Shown here: piece by piece, positions 19,414-29,956 of the stretch | Layout of the letters: every line of letters starts with the position of its first letter | Numbering within the stretch: position 1 is the first letter of the stretch | Origin: Patescibacteria group bacterium | GTDB taxonomy: Bacteria; Patescibacteriota; Microgenomatia; PFEM01; JAHIFH01 | Direction of reading: 5' to 3' | Assembly (NCBI GenBank): GCA_035529375.1 | Contig: DATKWU010000009.1 | Coordinates: forward strand, 289,111-353,110 | Length of the DNA stretch: 64,000 nt | The notes under the pieces: generated by a model | The model's database searches: none | Told to the model about the DNA's origin: nothing | What the model saw: only the letters and a program-made list of their open reading frames with translations | Position numbers and translations under genes: made by a program

Positions 19414-21932
19414 AGAGGTAAACCTTGACAGGCTTCGTCGACGCTGTGATATTCGCAGCTGTCACTACAAATTAAATAATCACAAGGATCAGGCGTTTTA
19501 CCGCCATCAATAAAGCAGTTTAATTCACCGCAGCTACTAAAGCCAAGGTGGAGGTGACAACCAGTTGATCTGGTGCCCGTAGAGCCAATGTAGCCGATAA
19601 TTTCGTCTCGCTCAATTGTTTGACCAGGACTAACTTCCCAGGACTCTAAGTGGGCGTAAAGACTATAGAGACCGTTGTGTTTAATAACCACATAATTACC
19701 ATAACCATCGGCTCGACCAGCGGCCTGGATAGTGCCTTTGGCGGTCGGATAAACAGCAATTCCACAGGAACTGGTTTTGGGCTGAGGTGTCACAATATCA
19801 ATACCAGTGTGATATTGACAGCAAGGAATGGCGGCAACAGGGTTGCTGCGGTAACCAAAATTTGATGAACAATAAGCAGCATTTCTAATTGGCCACTGAA
19901 AACCTAGACCAGCTGGAGGTTTGATAACCGGTGGTTCTTTTGGTGGTGGATAGGCTTGACTTATTTCTGTTGGGCCGATGGGAAGGATAAAAGCACCGGC
20001 GGTCGTCATAACAATAAAAAAGGTTAAAACCATGGAGGTACCAATTGTGCCCACCACTAGCAAAATAATGGCGCTACTAGAAATGGGGGCAACTGTTAAG
20101 GAGGTGAAGAAAGCAATTACGCCACCACCCAAGCCACCGACAATCGAACCAGCGCTGGCAACTCCCCAACCAATTAAACCAATAATCCCGACCGTAGCTA
20201 CTCCGACGCCAATAGCAACTAAAGGTCCAGAAAAGGAAAAGAGAGCGGCGATGCCGATGCCACCAAAAGCAAGGGCTAAAGATTTTTCTGGATCTCTAAG
20301 GACGGATTTGATTCCATCCCAGATACCTTGAAGACGAGCTTTGATAAAGTCGATGGCTTTACCAACCGCGAGACCAATGACTGTCCCTACTCCAGGCGCT
20401 AAGGCGGTTCCAGCGGCAGCAGCACCAAATTGAACACCTAACTTGGTGGCAATCCAAGTAGCGGCCTTAGTTACTAATTTACTGCTTAAGATTTTTTTGG
20501 CAATCGGGGTGAAAAATCTTCCCAACGACTTTTGGTAAAGAGTGACACCTAATTGTTTAAAGGATTCAAAACGACCAAAAGAAATGAATTTAATAATTCG
20601 GTTCGGTAAAGTGAATCGAATTATGTTTTTACCTGGACCAACGGTTATGGTTTCATAAATTCTGCTCCCTAGACCGATCTTATTTAGAACCTGATGGAGT
20701 CCCCAAGAGTAACCGCTTTTTTCTGACCAATCAGGAGCAGGTGAGGTTTGGTAAAAAATACCTGAGGCTTCATCTTGGGCAAGATGAAAGCCGGTTCGTT
20801 TGGGAAAGCTATACCACTGTTTGAGAATAGAGGCGGCCGGTTTATCTTGATAGTAAAAGGTTCTATCCGGACGAACGATTTTGATTTTTTGTTGGGCGCG
20901 GAATTTAAGGCCTTTATCGTTTAAATATCTGATAATAGGGTCACTGTCTTTTAAACCTAATTCTTTTAGCTTACTAATGGTGGTTTCAATATCTTCAGAA
21001 AAAACTCCTTTTTCAATCATTTCCCGCCATTCGGGGGTCATTTCAGGTGTTCCTGCCGCGATTCTCATTATGCCGACTGGTACGGCATAGGGAATTCTCC
21101 TGACATAAGAAACGCCCGCTTGGGGTTGGAGTAAAGAATAGAGAGTTAAGGAGGCGACACCATCGGTTTCGAGATTTAATTGTCTAATAATATCTTCAGG
21201 TAGTTTCAGATCTTCTGGTTTGATTGTTTTATCAGCAACGGCAGTCGCTTTCGCGATTCTTTCTCGAGGGGTTATAGCAACTTCTCTTGCTTGTTCTAGA
21301 GTATCTTTAGAAGCTTCTTCAACAAAATTTTCGGCAACAACTTTTGGTTCTTTCTCTCCAATCCTTCTTAAATTTTGGCTAATTTCTTTTTTGGTTTGGA
21401 CAAGGATTTGGTGATATTCTTCTTCGGTCAAAGCAACCTTAAGAGCGACAGGTTCGAGTTTGTCAGTAATGTTTTTGGTGATTTCTTCAGTGACTGCCTC
21501 TTGAAGGAGAGGATTATCTCTAAATTTTTCTGTGATTTTTTCAGATTGTTCGCCAATTTCCTGGGCAATTCTCTGCTGAAGAAGTTTAAATCTTTCTCGA
21601 TATTCAGGTGGGGCTTTTTCCGACTCTAGAATTTGACGTTTCTCTAGATATCGCTCGTAATCTTCTCTTAATTCTCGGACTTTAATGGGATCAAGAAGGC
21701 TGGTGTCTAGAACTTTATCACGGTCAGCTAGAAGATCAGCAATTTTATCAATTAGTTTGATAAGGAAGTCTTTGTCTTTGGGGCTAATATCAAGACTTTG
21801 AGCGGCGAAGACAACTTCGTTTTTGGCTTCGCCTTCATCTCCAAGTTCAGCCGGCCAGGTTCCCAATTGAAGAAAAAAAGCCAAACGTTGAATATGTTGG
21901 TAATACTCTTGAAGCTCTTCTTTATTCATCAA
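19404..21932 (-). CDS. Large membrane protein with C-terminal M23 metallopeptidase domain
   Basis: YHTGIDI, YGNYVVI, YAHL, GSTG..TGCHLH; Gly/Ala-rich TM block. Confidence 0.85.
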   Translation of the reverse strand: MMNKEELQEYYQHIQRLAFFLQLGTWPAELGDEGEAKNEVVFAAQSLDISPKDKDFLIKLIDKIADLLADRDKVLDTSLLDPIKVRELREDYERYLEKRQILESEKAPPEYRERFKLLQQRIAQEIGEQSEKITEKFRDNPLLQEAVTEEITKNITDKLEPVALKVALTEEEYHQILVQTKKEISQNLRRIGEKEPKVVAENFVEEASKDTLEQAREVAITPRERIAKATAVADKTIKPEDLKLPEDIIRQLNLETDGVASLTLYSLLQPQAGVSYVRRIPYAVPVGIMRIAAGTPEMTPEWREMIEKGVFSEDIETTISKLKELGLKDSDPIIRYLNDKGLKFRAQQKIKIVRPDRTFYYQDKPAASILKQWYSFPKRTGFHLAQDEASGIFYQTSPAPDWSEKSGYSWGLHQVLNKIGLGSRIYETITVGPGKNIIRFTLPNRIIKFISFGRFESFKQLGVTLYQKSLGRFFTPIAKKILSSKLVTKAATWIATKLGVQFGAAAAGTALAPGVGTVIGLAVGKAIDFIKARLQGIWDGIKSVLRDPEKSLALAFGGIGIAALFSFSGPLVAIGVGVATVGIIGLIGWGVASAGSIVGGLGGGVIAFFTSLTVAPISSSAIILLVVGTIGTSMVLTFFIVMTTAGAFILPIGPTEISQAYPPPKEPPVIKPPAGLGFQWPIRNAAYCSSNFGYRSNPVAAIPCCQYHTGIDIVTPQPKTSSCGIAVYPTAKGTIQAAGRADGYGNYVVIKHNGLYSLYAHLESWEVSPGQTIERDEIIGYIGSTGTRSTGCHLHLGFSSCGELNCFIDGGKTPDPCDYLICSDSCEYHSVDEACQGLPLCQ

Positions 21933-21947
21933 TTAAATAATAGCAGA

Positions 21948-23885
21948 TTACAACGGCGTTATCTCGGTTTTTTCTTCTCGGTCGGTGGTTTTGCTTTCTT
22001 GACTTTCGGTTTCCTTAGCTTCCTCTATTTTAAGTAGCTCCTCGGGTTTAGAGGTGATTAATTGGTGTTCTTCTTTTGAGGCAACCACTCTGATGGCAAC
22101 ATGATTAGGACCGGCAAAGAAAATACCTTCGCCGACATCAGCGCTTAAGAGAAGGTGTTTTTCACCCTCAGAGAGATAAAAGATTTCAGCAACCTTATCA
22201 ATAGCAGCCGGTGACATTTTCATTAAAGTTTGAATTGAAGAGTTTTGGATAATGGCTTTACCGTGTTCGGAAACCAGGAAATCCTCAACGTCTTGGGTAA
22301 TGGTAGTTAAGCCCAGATAATATTTTCTGGCTCTTTTGGCAATTGAGTAAAGGAAGTTGGCCGAATCTGGATACTGCATTAGATACCAAGCCTCATCAAC
22401 TATCAAAATTCTTTTTTTCATTTCTTTTTTGACCTTGGTCCAAATGTAGTCCAGAATAATAAACATGGCAATTGGTCTTAAAGCGTCTTCTAGATCCCTA
22501 ATCGAAAAAACAGTGAATTTATTTTTAATGTCCACGTTTGAGCGTTGATCAAAGATACCAGAGAAGGACCCTTTGACAAATTTTTCAATCCGGTCGGCCA
22601 AGGAGGAAGCTTCAGGCTCTTCCATACCTCTTAAAGCCTTATATAAATCTTCCATTAAAGGCGGTTCTTTTTTCTGGGTGGCTGGGTCTGGGGTAATCCC
22701 TTTCATTTTGTAAGTTAGGATTAAAGCTCGATCAAGAACCGCTTCTTCAGTGGCTGAAAGGTTGCCCATAATGACTTTAAATAGAGAGTGCAGAGAAAGA
22801 ATTTTTAGGCCTAATTCGTTCTCGCCTTCTTCATAAATCGCTGAGAGATCAAAAGGGTTGATTTTCGAGGGTGAATTAAAACCAAAGGTAATGTATTCAC
22901 CGCCAACTGCTTCGGCTAAAACTTTATATTCAGATTCGGGGTCAATGGCGATAATCTCCGTACCAAACAAAAGAGAACGTAAGGCTTCAAGTTTGACCAT
23001 GTAAGATTTCCCGGCTCCTGACTTGGCAAAGATGACTGAATTGGCGTTTTCCAGTGTAAAGCGGTCGAAAACAACCAAAGAATCATTATGTTCGTTAATT
23101 CCATACATGATCCCTTCATTGGCCGTTAATTCCGAGGAAGTAAAGGGAAAGGTGGTGGCCAAGGAAGTGGTATCCATATTTCGGGTGATCATCAGTCGGT
23201 CGACACAAGTTGGGATGGTAGCTCGAAAACCATCTTCCATTTGAAGAGTGGCGTGTTTAGAAATAATTAATAAAGAACCAAGAGCTGATTCAATTTCTTT
23301 GGAGGCTTGATTTAGTTCTTCGAGTGAATCGGCCGGAATGGTGATGTAAAGACCGAATTGGAAGAAACGTTCGGCACCTTTAACCAGCTGCTCTTGGAGA
23401 GTCCGGGCATCTTCAAGTTTGGCTTGGGTTGCCGGATCAACAATCTTACCACGCTGCATATCGGTTTGAATTTCCGCTTCCATTTCGGCAATCTTACGCC
23501 GCAATTCATCAAGGATTGATTTACCTTCAACCGGATAAACGTACATCGCCACGTCCAGGGAGTGATCAAAATTAATCAAGGGCGCTAGCCAATTAGCGGC
23601 CACAAAACGGGGATAGCCGGCCACAAATAAAGTTCTGAAATATTTATTGCCTATTTTCAAATGATCAAAGTCAACCTCAAGCGCACCAGGAGCAATCACG
23701 TCCTGAACAGAAACCATGCCTTCAGCGAGTTGGGTAATTGGGTCGACGGGTAGTTTGGTCACCACTTGAGGTGATTCAGGCATTTTTCCTTTTTCTTCTG
23801 GTTTACCCTGGGCCAAAGGCAGGCCAATCTTTGAAGACCCCTTTTTACTAATATCGGCGATTTTGTTAAGACCCGGTATTTTCAT
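21948..23885 (-). CDS. VirB4/TraC-like ATPase
   Basis: Walker A AKSGAGKS, IDPESEY, INPFD, Walker B IVDEAW, RARKY. Confidence 0.9.
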   Translation of the reverse strand: MKIPGLNKIADISKKGSSKIGLPLAQGKPEEKGKMPESPQVVTKLPVDPITQLAEGMVSVQDVIAPGALEVDFDHLKIGNKYFRTLFVAGYPRFVAANWLAPLINFDHSLDVAMYVYPVEGKSILDELRRKIAEMEAEIQTDMQRGKIVDPATQAKLEDARTLQEQLVKGAERFFQFGLYITIPADSLEELNQASKEIESALGSLLIISKHATLQMEDGFRATIPTCVDRLMITRNMDTTSLATTFPFTSSELTANEGIMYGINEHNDSLVVFDRFTLENANSVIFAKSGAGKSYMVKLEALRSLLFGTEIIAIDPESEYKVLAEAVGGEYITFGFNSPSKINPFDLSAIYEEGENELGLKILSLHSLFKVIMGNLSATEEAVLDRALILTYKMKGITPDPATQKKEPPLMEDLYKALRGMEEPEASSLADRIEKFVKGSFSGIFDQRSNVDIKNKFTVFSIRDLEDALRPIAMFIILDYIWTKVKKEMKKRILIVDEAWYLMQYPDSANFLYSIAKRARKYYLGLTTITQDVEDFLVSEHGKAIIQNSSIQTLMKMSPAAIDKVAEIFYLSEGEKHLLLSADVGEGIFFAGPNHVAIRVVASKEEHQLITSKPEELLKIEEAKETESQESKTTDREEKTEITPL

Positions 23886-24798
23886 CTTTATTAACAGCTT
23901 GTTTAACTAAACCATTAATTTGATTTCTAATTGAATCTTGATTTGGGATTATCTCCTCGGTTGTTGATGATTGGGCGGTTGAGTCGATTGGTGTTGTCTC
24001 AATCTTAATTTCTCCTTGAAGTGAGGTTGTTCTTCTAGGTGGTTCGGCTTGGCTTTCTGTTGTTTCCGGCATTGTTTTTGTTATTGAGCTTCTTTCTTGG
24101 GTTGTTTCCATAGCTGCTTCCATGATTGGTGTCTGGTATTGCTTAGAACCAGTCATTTGCTGACCTTTAACTTCAGGATTGTAAATATTGAAGTAGAGCT
24201 GAATAAGTTCCTGAGTGTTAAGCTGTTTGCCTTTGAGACCTAAACGAGCGAGTTGTCTTAAAATATGATCCCTTTTAGGATAGAGGTTGGTCTTGGCTTT
24301 TTGGAGAATGTAGCTCTTATCAAAAGGGAGTTTCTTTCTAGAAAAGGTAGAAGTGAGGATCTGTTTGACGCCTAGTTCTAAGGCACTCATGGGAATGACG
24401 AGATAAAACTTTTTATCAAGAACATTGTTTCTGGCAACCGTTTCTTCGATAAACTGGCGATATTTTTGAATCTGAATTTTAATCTCGTCTTTGGTTTCTT
24501 TTTCTTCGGCTCTTTTGATTAATTTAAGATAGCCGGAAATATCTTTTCTTTGGGAGCAAAGAACGATTTGAATAGAAAAAGTGAGTGAGTTTAGAAGGCC
24601 GGCATAAGCGTAGATGGTGGCTTCCTGTTCTCTTTCTGAAAGGAGACCAAAGTTAATCGCCGTGGTAGCAATCGCCAAACAACAGCTACCGTCTTTGAGA
24701 ATAACAATCCCGTCTTGGATATCCTCAATATCAAGATGTTCTTGAGTTGAAGCTCTAATCGGTATTTTGGTTGGATCAAGTGTTTTGGGCAGGTTCAT
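23866..24798 (-). CDS. VirB4-associated protein (TraC N-terminal-like)
   Basis: STQEHLDIEDIQDG, INFGLLSEREQEA, LNSLTFSIQI; sits between PrgI-like gene and ATPase. Confidence 0.7.
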   Translation of the reverse strand: MNLPKTLDPTKIPIRASTQEHLDIEDIQDGIVILKDGSCCLAIATTAINFGLLSEREQEATIYAYAGLLNSLTFSIQIVLCSQRKDISGYLKLIKRAEEKETKDEIKIQIQKYRQFIEETVARNNVLDKKFYLVIPMSALELGVKQILTSTFSRKKLPFDKSYILQKAKTNLYPKRDHILRQLARLGLKGKQLNTQELIQLYFNIYNPEVKGQQMTGSKQYQTPIMEAAMETTQERSSITKTMPETTESQAEPPRRTTSLQGEIKIETTPIDSTAQSSTTEEIIPNQDSIRNQINGLVKQAVNKDENTGS

Positions 24799-25765
24799 GG
24801 ATTTTTCCTTTGGTGCGAATCTCTAAGGGTTCGACGATCGCGCCAGTAAGATTGGTTTTAATAATATCAAATTGATAACCTTCTTTTTCAGCTTCAATTT
24901 CGTATTGACCGTTATCTAGGGGAGTGACGCTTCGAAATTGGCCTAATTTATTAGTTTTCAGAGCCCTGACTGGAATTCCCTGAGTATTTCTGATTTCTAT
25001 AATCGCATTTTCAATAATTTTGCCCTCAAGGTCAAGAACCATTCCCACAAGAGTATTAGGTTGAGTAGGAGCTTGAGGAAAAGGTAGTTCAGGACTGAAT
25101 TTAGCTTCCACCGTGGGTTTTCTAGGTTGAGCTGGTTGTTTGGGTAAGACAAAAGGTTTTCTTTTGGGAGTACTTGTTTTTTGAGGATAGCTAATTTTTG
25201 GTTTAAAAGTTGTTTCAGGCTTGGTTATTGGTTGGAAAGGTTGCCGAATGGGCGGAATCTTTTCTGTTGGTTGAGCCATATTCGCCGGCATTTTGGTTAA
25301 TTGGAACATATTAAGAGATTTTTTAATAAAGTTTTCTTCTTGTTGGTCAAGTTGACTTTGAGATTCGGTTGGGAGAGTTGAGAGGTATTCTCTTAATTGT
25401 TTTTTATTTGGTGGTGGGGCGGCCTTTTTTTGAAAAACAACCTTTTTGTAACCAGTTTTGAAGATATCAGGCTCCTTAGCTTGTCTTTCCCAGACGAATT
25501 GAGTTGGTGAGAAAATAGCTTTGATAAAGGCAACAATCCACTTATCAAGCGGCCTTTCCTGAATCGGCATAAAAGCCATGGCAAAACCAAGAAAAACAGC
25601 CAGAGCCACCAAAGGCCATTTAATGATTGGCACGAGGGGAGTGGCATAGAGAATCAAGCCAATAATACAACCACCAGCCAAAAAGCCAAATTGTCGAACG
25701 GTCATATCACCAACCAGACGGAATTGGTAAGAAGAAATGTGTTGTGGTACTGGATGTTGTTCCAT
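24776..25765 (-). CDS. PrgI-family protein with C-terminal beta-sandwich domain
   Basis: HPVPQ..FRLVGDMTVRQF, two TMs, ERPLDKW; Pro-rich linker. Confidence 0.8.
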   Translation of the reverse strand: MEQHPVPQHISSYQFRLVGDMTVRQFGFLAGGCIIGLILYATPLVPIIKWPLVALAVFLGFAMAFMPIQERPLDKWIVAFIKAIFSPTQFVWERQAKEPDIFKTGYKKVVFQKKAAPPPNKKQLREYLSTLPTESQSQLDQQEENFIKKSLNMFQLTKMPANMAQPTEKIPPIRQPFQPITKPETTFKPKISYPQKTSTPKRKPFVLPKQPAQPRKPTVEAKFSPELPFPQAPTQPNTLVGMVLDLEGKIIENAIIEIRNTQGIPVRALKTNKLGQFRSVTPLDNGQYEIEAEKEGYQFDIIKTNLTGAIVEPLEIRTKGKIHEPAQNT

Positions 25766-25885
25766 GACTACCTCTCTATTCTAAAGTGATTTTAAACTCG
25801 ATTCAACCGTTTCAAACTAGGTCAAATTACAAGGAAAATAGGGCAATTGTCGTTGAAAAGAGTTCTATGATATAATCCAATCAGC

Positions 25886-28192
25886 ATGGCTGGAGAGGAA
25901 ACATATATTCCAAAACCTAAAGGTCTGGAGGAGATGACTGGAGGTAGTTTACCAGAAGGAAGAGACGAGGAAATTAGGAGAATGGTTGAAGAAAGACCAA
26001 TTAGCGGTGGTCAGGATGTGCCTGAGGATGAAGGCAAGGTTGATATTAGTGAATTAGTTAAAGCCCAGGTAGAAGCGGCGGTCGCTAGTGTGAGAACGGA
26101 ATTATCAGACCAAATTTCTGGTTTACAAACCAAACTTCAAGTGAGTGAAGCCCAAAAAGAGGCTTTAGAAAAGAGAATGGAAGGTTTAGAGGGTATCGAG
26201 GGGCTAAAAAGACCACTTAATAAAATTCTTAAGGCAATAGAGAGAACGGCTGTGGGAGCAGAAAGAACTGCGGCTAGTGGACAGGCTTCGTCTGAAAGAC
26301 TTTTAATCCCCGAATCAGAAAGGCCCAAAACAAAAGAAGGCTGGGCTGATTTGGCAAGAGAAGAATTAACAGTTTTAAGAGATCGAGGTGAATCCCCTTA
26401 TTCTCCTTTTCTATGGGGAGAGAGACCTGAAGTTAAAAGAGTTCTTGAGAGTATTCCTAAAAAAGATTGGGAAGGTATTTCAGCTAAAGAATGGGAAAAA
26501 TTACAAAAAGAATTAGAAAAAGAGATTTGGGTGATTCAAAAAGAAGACGGTTTAGCAACCCAGTGGTCTCAAAGGTCTAGTAATTTAAAAGCGTTAGGAG
26601 AATTAACTGACCTTATTTCGGCCACGGGAGTAGCCTTAGATCCCGAAAAACTAAATGCCTTATCTAGTCTTGCTCCAGCCAAGACACCCGAGTATCTAAA
26701 AGAAGAAGGAAAAGAAATTATTCCTGAGGGAGAAAGTATGTCTATCCAGGTTAGTAGAGCCCTTCACATTTACGCTAAATATTTTGGTGTTTGGGCTGAG
26801 GAGATAGCTAATGAGATGGATAAACCAGGGGGAATAGAAGATAGACTAAGAACAAGGTGGCTAAAAGGTGACTTTAGCAAGGATAAAAAGAAATGGGGGA
26901 AAGCGGTTGATGACGAGATAGATGCGTTTGATTATCGAAATAATTCTAAACTAAGTAAAGCGGGTAAAGAAGTTTTAGAGAGATTAGGATTCGGTAGTGA
27001 CGGAAAAATTCCTTATAAAACTTTACAAGAAATTTTTAAAGAGATGCCTGATGAGGCTAGTAAGGAAAGGAAATATCAAGATTTGAAGAAGCAGATTGAT
27101 GATGCTGTTAAAGCTAAAGATACAGGTGGTCTTTCTCTGGCTGAACTTTTCGATAGAAATATATTTTGTCAAAATATTAATGTAAGTGAATCAAGATATA
27201 CTCAGTGGTTAGTGGCAATGCTCGCTGGTAGTGAATATGCTGGTGAGTCGGCTATGAGATTTTTAAGATATACCGGTGAATCAGGGGAGATGAATACAAC
27301 TCATGTTCCAGGCGCTTGGGTGAGTGATGGTTTTACTCGTATTCCTTGGATAGAAAGAAGAAGGTTGTCAGAAGCGAGGAAGAGGCGAGTCCGTGGCCCT
27401 AATATAACTTTAGGCAGGTATAAATTTCCTATTGAAAGAGAGGGAAAAGAAAGAGGTCTATGCCACAGTTGGGTAAGAGAAGCAGAAGTTAAAATTGGAG
27501 ATAAAAAGATGAAAATAATTGAGCTTTTAAGAGGCGATAATCGTTGGTTTCATGAGATTCCTTGGGACCAATTGGGTCAAGAGACTTATATTAGTAATTT
27601 TACTTTGGCTGTCACTCACGGTGTGAATATTTTTGGATTACTTACCAATCCTAATATTGAATTAACTGGAAGAGAGGGATTACTTAGTCAAGCAGAAGAA
27701 TTAAAAAAATTAAATAAATCGATGCAATATTCATTTAAAGACTGGGAAAGTGGGGAAATCGCTCTCAAAAAAGAAGACGGGACACCAATAGATGGTGATG
27801 GTGGTTGGGAGAAGAGAGAGAATTGGGCTCAATATTGGTTAGAAAAAGTTAAGTCTATAAAAGGATTGTCTGCGTTTGGGAAAAGTCTATGGAGTCCTTG
27901 GTTTACTTTTTACCTTGGGGCAATTTATGAACATCATCCGAATCGAAATCTTCCCCAAAGGGAAATTCATTCCCCCACCGGAATCTATAGGAAGAGAAAA
28001 ATTCCCCATTCTCGAAGATGGAATGAAGAAAGAGAGACGGCTGAGGGAGGGCGTATCTATAGGGAAAATTCGGTTGCCGATTTTATCGGTGAGGGAGTAG
28101 AGCAAGAAGTTTTAACTCCAGGGGAAGCAGAACTTCTTATAGCTGTTTGCCAGATATCTAAAGTAAAAAAAGCCGATATTTTGGGTCTTTAA
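25886..28192 (+). CDS. Large hypothetical protein with N-terminal coiled coil
   Basis: 768-aa ORF with own TGATATAAT promoter; no motif recognised. Confidence 0.7.
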   Translation: MAGEETYIPKPKGLEEMTGGSLPEGRDEEIRRMVEERPISGGQDVPEDEGKVDISELVKAQVEAAVASVRTELSDQISGLQTKLQVSEAQKEALEKRMEGLEGIEGLKRPLNKILKAIERTAVGAERTAASGQASSERLLIPESERPKTKEGWADLAREELTVLRDRGESPYSPFLWGERPEVKRVLESIPKKDWEGISAKEWEKLQKELEKEIWVIQKEDGLATQWSQRSSNLKALGELTDLISATGVALDPEKLNALSSLAPAKTPEYLKEEGKEIIPEGESMSIQVSRALHIYAKYFGVWAEEIANEMDKPGGIEDRLRTRWLKGDFSKDKKKWGKAVDDEIDAFDYRNNSKLSKAGKEVLERLGFGSDGKIPYKTLQEIFKEMPDEASKERKYQDLKKQIDDAVKAKDTGGLSLAELFDRNIFCQNINVSESRYTQWLVAMLAGSEYAGESAMRFLRYTGESGEMNTTHVPGAWVSDGFTRIPWIERRRLSEARKRRVRGPNITLGRYKFPIEREGKERGLCHSWVREAEVKIGDKKMKIIELLRGDNRWFHEIPWDQLGQETYISNFTLAVTHGVNIFGLLTNPNIELTGREGLLSQAEELKKLNKSMQYSFKDWESGEIALKKEDGTPIDGDGGWEKRENWAQYWLEKVKSIKGLSAFGKSLWSPWFTFYLGAIYEHHPNRNLPQREIHSPTGIYRKRKIPHSRRWNEERETAEGGRIYRENSVADFIGEGVEQEVLTPGEAELLIAVCQISKVKKADILGL

Positions 28193-28353
28193 ACTTTTCT
28201 AAAGAAATTTTCAAGAAATTGCCTTTTCAAAGAGGGAGCGTCGTTGGGTTTTTGAGGAGCTACTTTTTCTAAGACATCTTTTTTGGTTATTTTAAGAACA
28301 ATTTTCCCGGTTTCAGTAATTGGTCTTACTACTCTCTTGATGCTATTTTCCAT
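28189..28353 (-). CDS. Small hypothetical protein (54 aa)
   Basis: Hand translation MENSIKRVVRPITETGK...FLENFFRKV*; fills the gap after the VirB6-like gene. Confidence 0.4.
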   Translation of the reverse strand: MENSIKRVVRPITETGKIVLKITKKDVLEKVAPQKPNDAPSLKRQFLENFFRKV

Positions 28354-28370
28354 TTGATCTACAACGCTTT

Positions 28371-29909
28371 TTAACCTGAGACTTTTTTACTAAGTACTTC
28401 AATAACGCTCGAAATGCCCGTTTCTAAGCTTTTTGGTTTCTCGCCGCTTCCCCTTCCCTCCTTTCCCCATGTGATTCTTTCTGCTATTTTTGGACCAGCA
28501 CCCATCATCGCCATACCTGCTACTCCCCTTATTGGACCAACTGCTTCGCCAATAGCTGCTCCATATTCAAACGGCTTACCGGCAAGAAAAGCTTTAATTA
28601 TATCTGTGACTTTTGGGGTGAGGGCAAGAATGCCAATACTAATAAAGAGCATAATGATGGTCGATATAACATTAGCTGAACCCAAATTCCGAAATGCTGC
28701 AACAAGATCCTCTAAAAAAGTAGAACTGGTATTACCTTCGATACTGCTTACAACTAAGCTTCCTAAATTAGATTTTCTAAAAAGCGGAGCAATAGCCAAA
28801 TAACCAGAGAGAAAAATCATTGCTATCGTGGCTGGCAGAACAACTAAGTTGGCAATGAGATTTCTAAACCAGCTGGAAATAGCGTTACTTCCTGGCAGAA
28901 TACCAACTAATATTTCGAAGGGAGCAAAAATTAAATGAAGGACAACCATAACATAGGCCTTTAAGAGTGCCCATAAGATACGGATGTAGATAATAAGAAA
29001 AATGATAGCCAAAAGAAAAAGAATTGTTACGTTTAAGCCTATTATCATAGGAGATATAGGCCATAAGATAATGCTAGTAATTATGGTAGGGGTAGAAGTG
29101 ATAATGGTAAAGGTTAGAAAAGTAGCAAAGGCAGGCCCGAGTAAGATTATGAAGATACCAGCAGCCAAATGACTAGCATCAGTAACAGCTTGAGCAGTAA
29201 TTAGTCGAGAGAGCCATTGAGGAAAATTCGGGTCTGTATCAGGGATGTGTTTGAAAGTAAAAATAATCAGATTTGTAAAGACCCACATAAAATCAATCAT
29301 GAGGCCAACGATTGCGTAAGAGAAGGTTATTAAAATAAGGCCAATGACTACTTTTGGAAGAGCTGATTGAATGGTGATTACAGTTTGAGGATTGATTTTA
29401 ACCCGGAACATAATAGCAAACCCCATAAAGACAAGGATGAGAACAAAGAAAACATAGGTAATATTTCGAAAGGTTTTCCAGAGAGGGAGATAGTCAGCCA
29501 TTCGTTCGAATCCAGTATCTTCTTGGGCGTAGGTTGGTTTGACAACTCTCAGTTTTTCACCGATGCTTGCTAAATATTGAATCCCAGAAGCAGGCGGGGT
29601 AGCGTAAATATAGGCGATAAAACTGCCGATAGTTCTAATCATTCCTGTTTGGTTTTGGTTTTGTTCTCCCTGGTTCAAGACAACACCGAAAATAAAATGA
29701 ACGATCGAGCCAAAGATTGCTTTGATTGTTTCGTAAACAAAACTTTGGAGGTTCATTTCTTCTGAATTGATAGCGCTTTCAAATTGAAATTGGTAAGTAC
29801 TTTCAGGTGTGGAAAATGCTTGAATCGGGCCAGATAAGATAAAGGAGAATAGAAAGAAGAAAAGGAGAGTTAGAGTAATTTTTTTCTTGGTAAATAATTT
29901 GGTTAACAT
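28371..29909 (-). CDS. Polytopic VirB6/TrbL-like membrane protein
   Basis: Multiple TMs, W..FRNI.Y, LPKVVIGLILITFSYAI, SWFRNLIANL; T4SS context. Confidence 0.65.
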   Translation of the reverse strand: MLTKLFTKKKITLTLLFFFLFSFILSGPIQAFSTPESTYQFQFESAINSEEMNLQSFVYETIKAIFGSIVHFIFGVVLNQGEQNQNQTGMIRTIGSFIAYIYATPPASGIQYLASIGEKLRVVKPTYAQEDTGFERMADYLPLWKTFRNITYVFFVLILVFMGFAIMFRVKINPQTVITIQSALPKVVIGLILITFSYAIVGLMIDFMWVFTNLIIFTFKHIPDTDPNFPQWLSRLITAQAVTDASHLAAGIFIILLGPAFATFLTFTIITSTPTIITSIILWPISPMIIGLNVTILFLLAIIFLIIYIRILWALLKAYVMVVLHLIFAPFEILVGILPGSNAISSWFRNLIANLVVLPATIAMIFLSGYLAIAPLFRKSNLGSLVVSSIEGNTSSTFLEDLVAAFRNLGSANVISTIIMLFISIGILALTPKVTDIIKAFLAGKPFEYGAAIGEAVGPIRGVAGMAMMGAGPKIAERITWGKEGRGSGEKPKSLETGISSVIEVLSKKVSG

Positions 29910-29956
29910 GATTCAATTCAACGATAACATTCCCTAAAAATTATTTCAACTTACTT

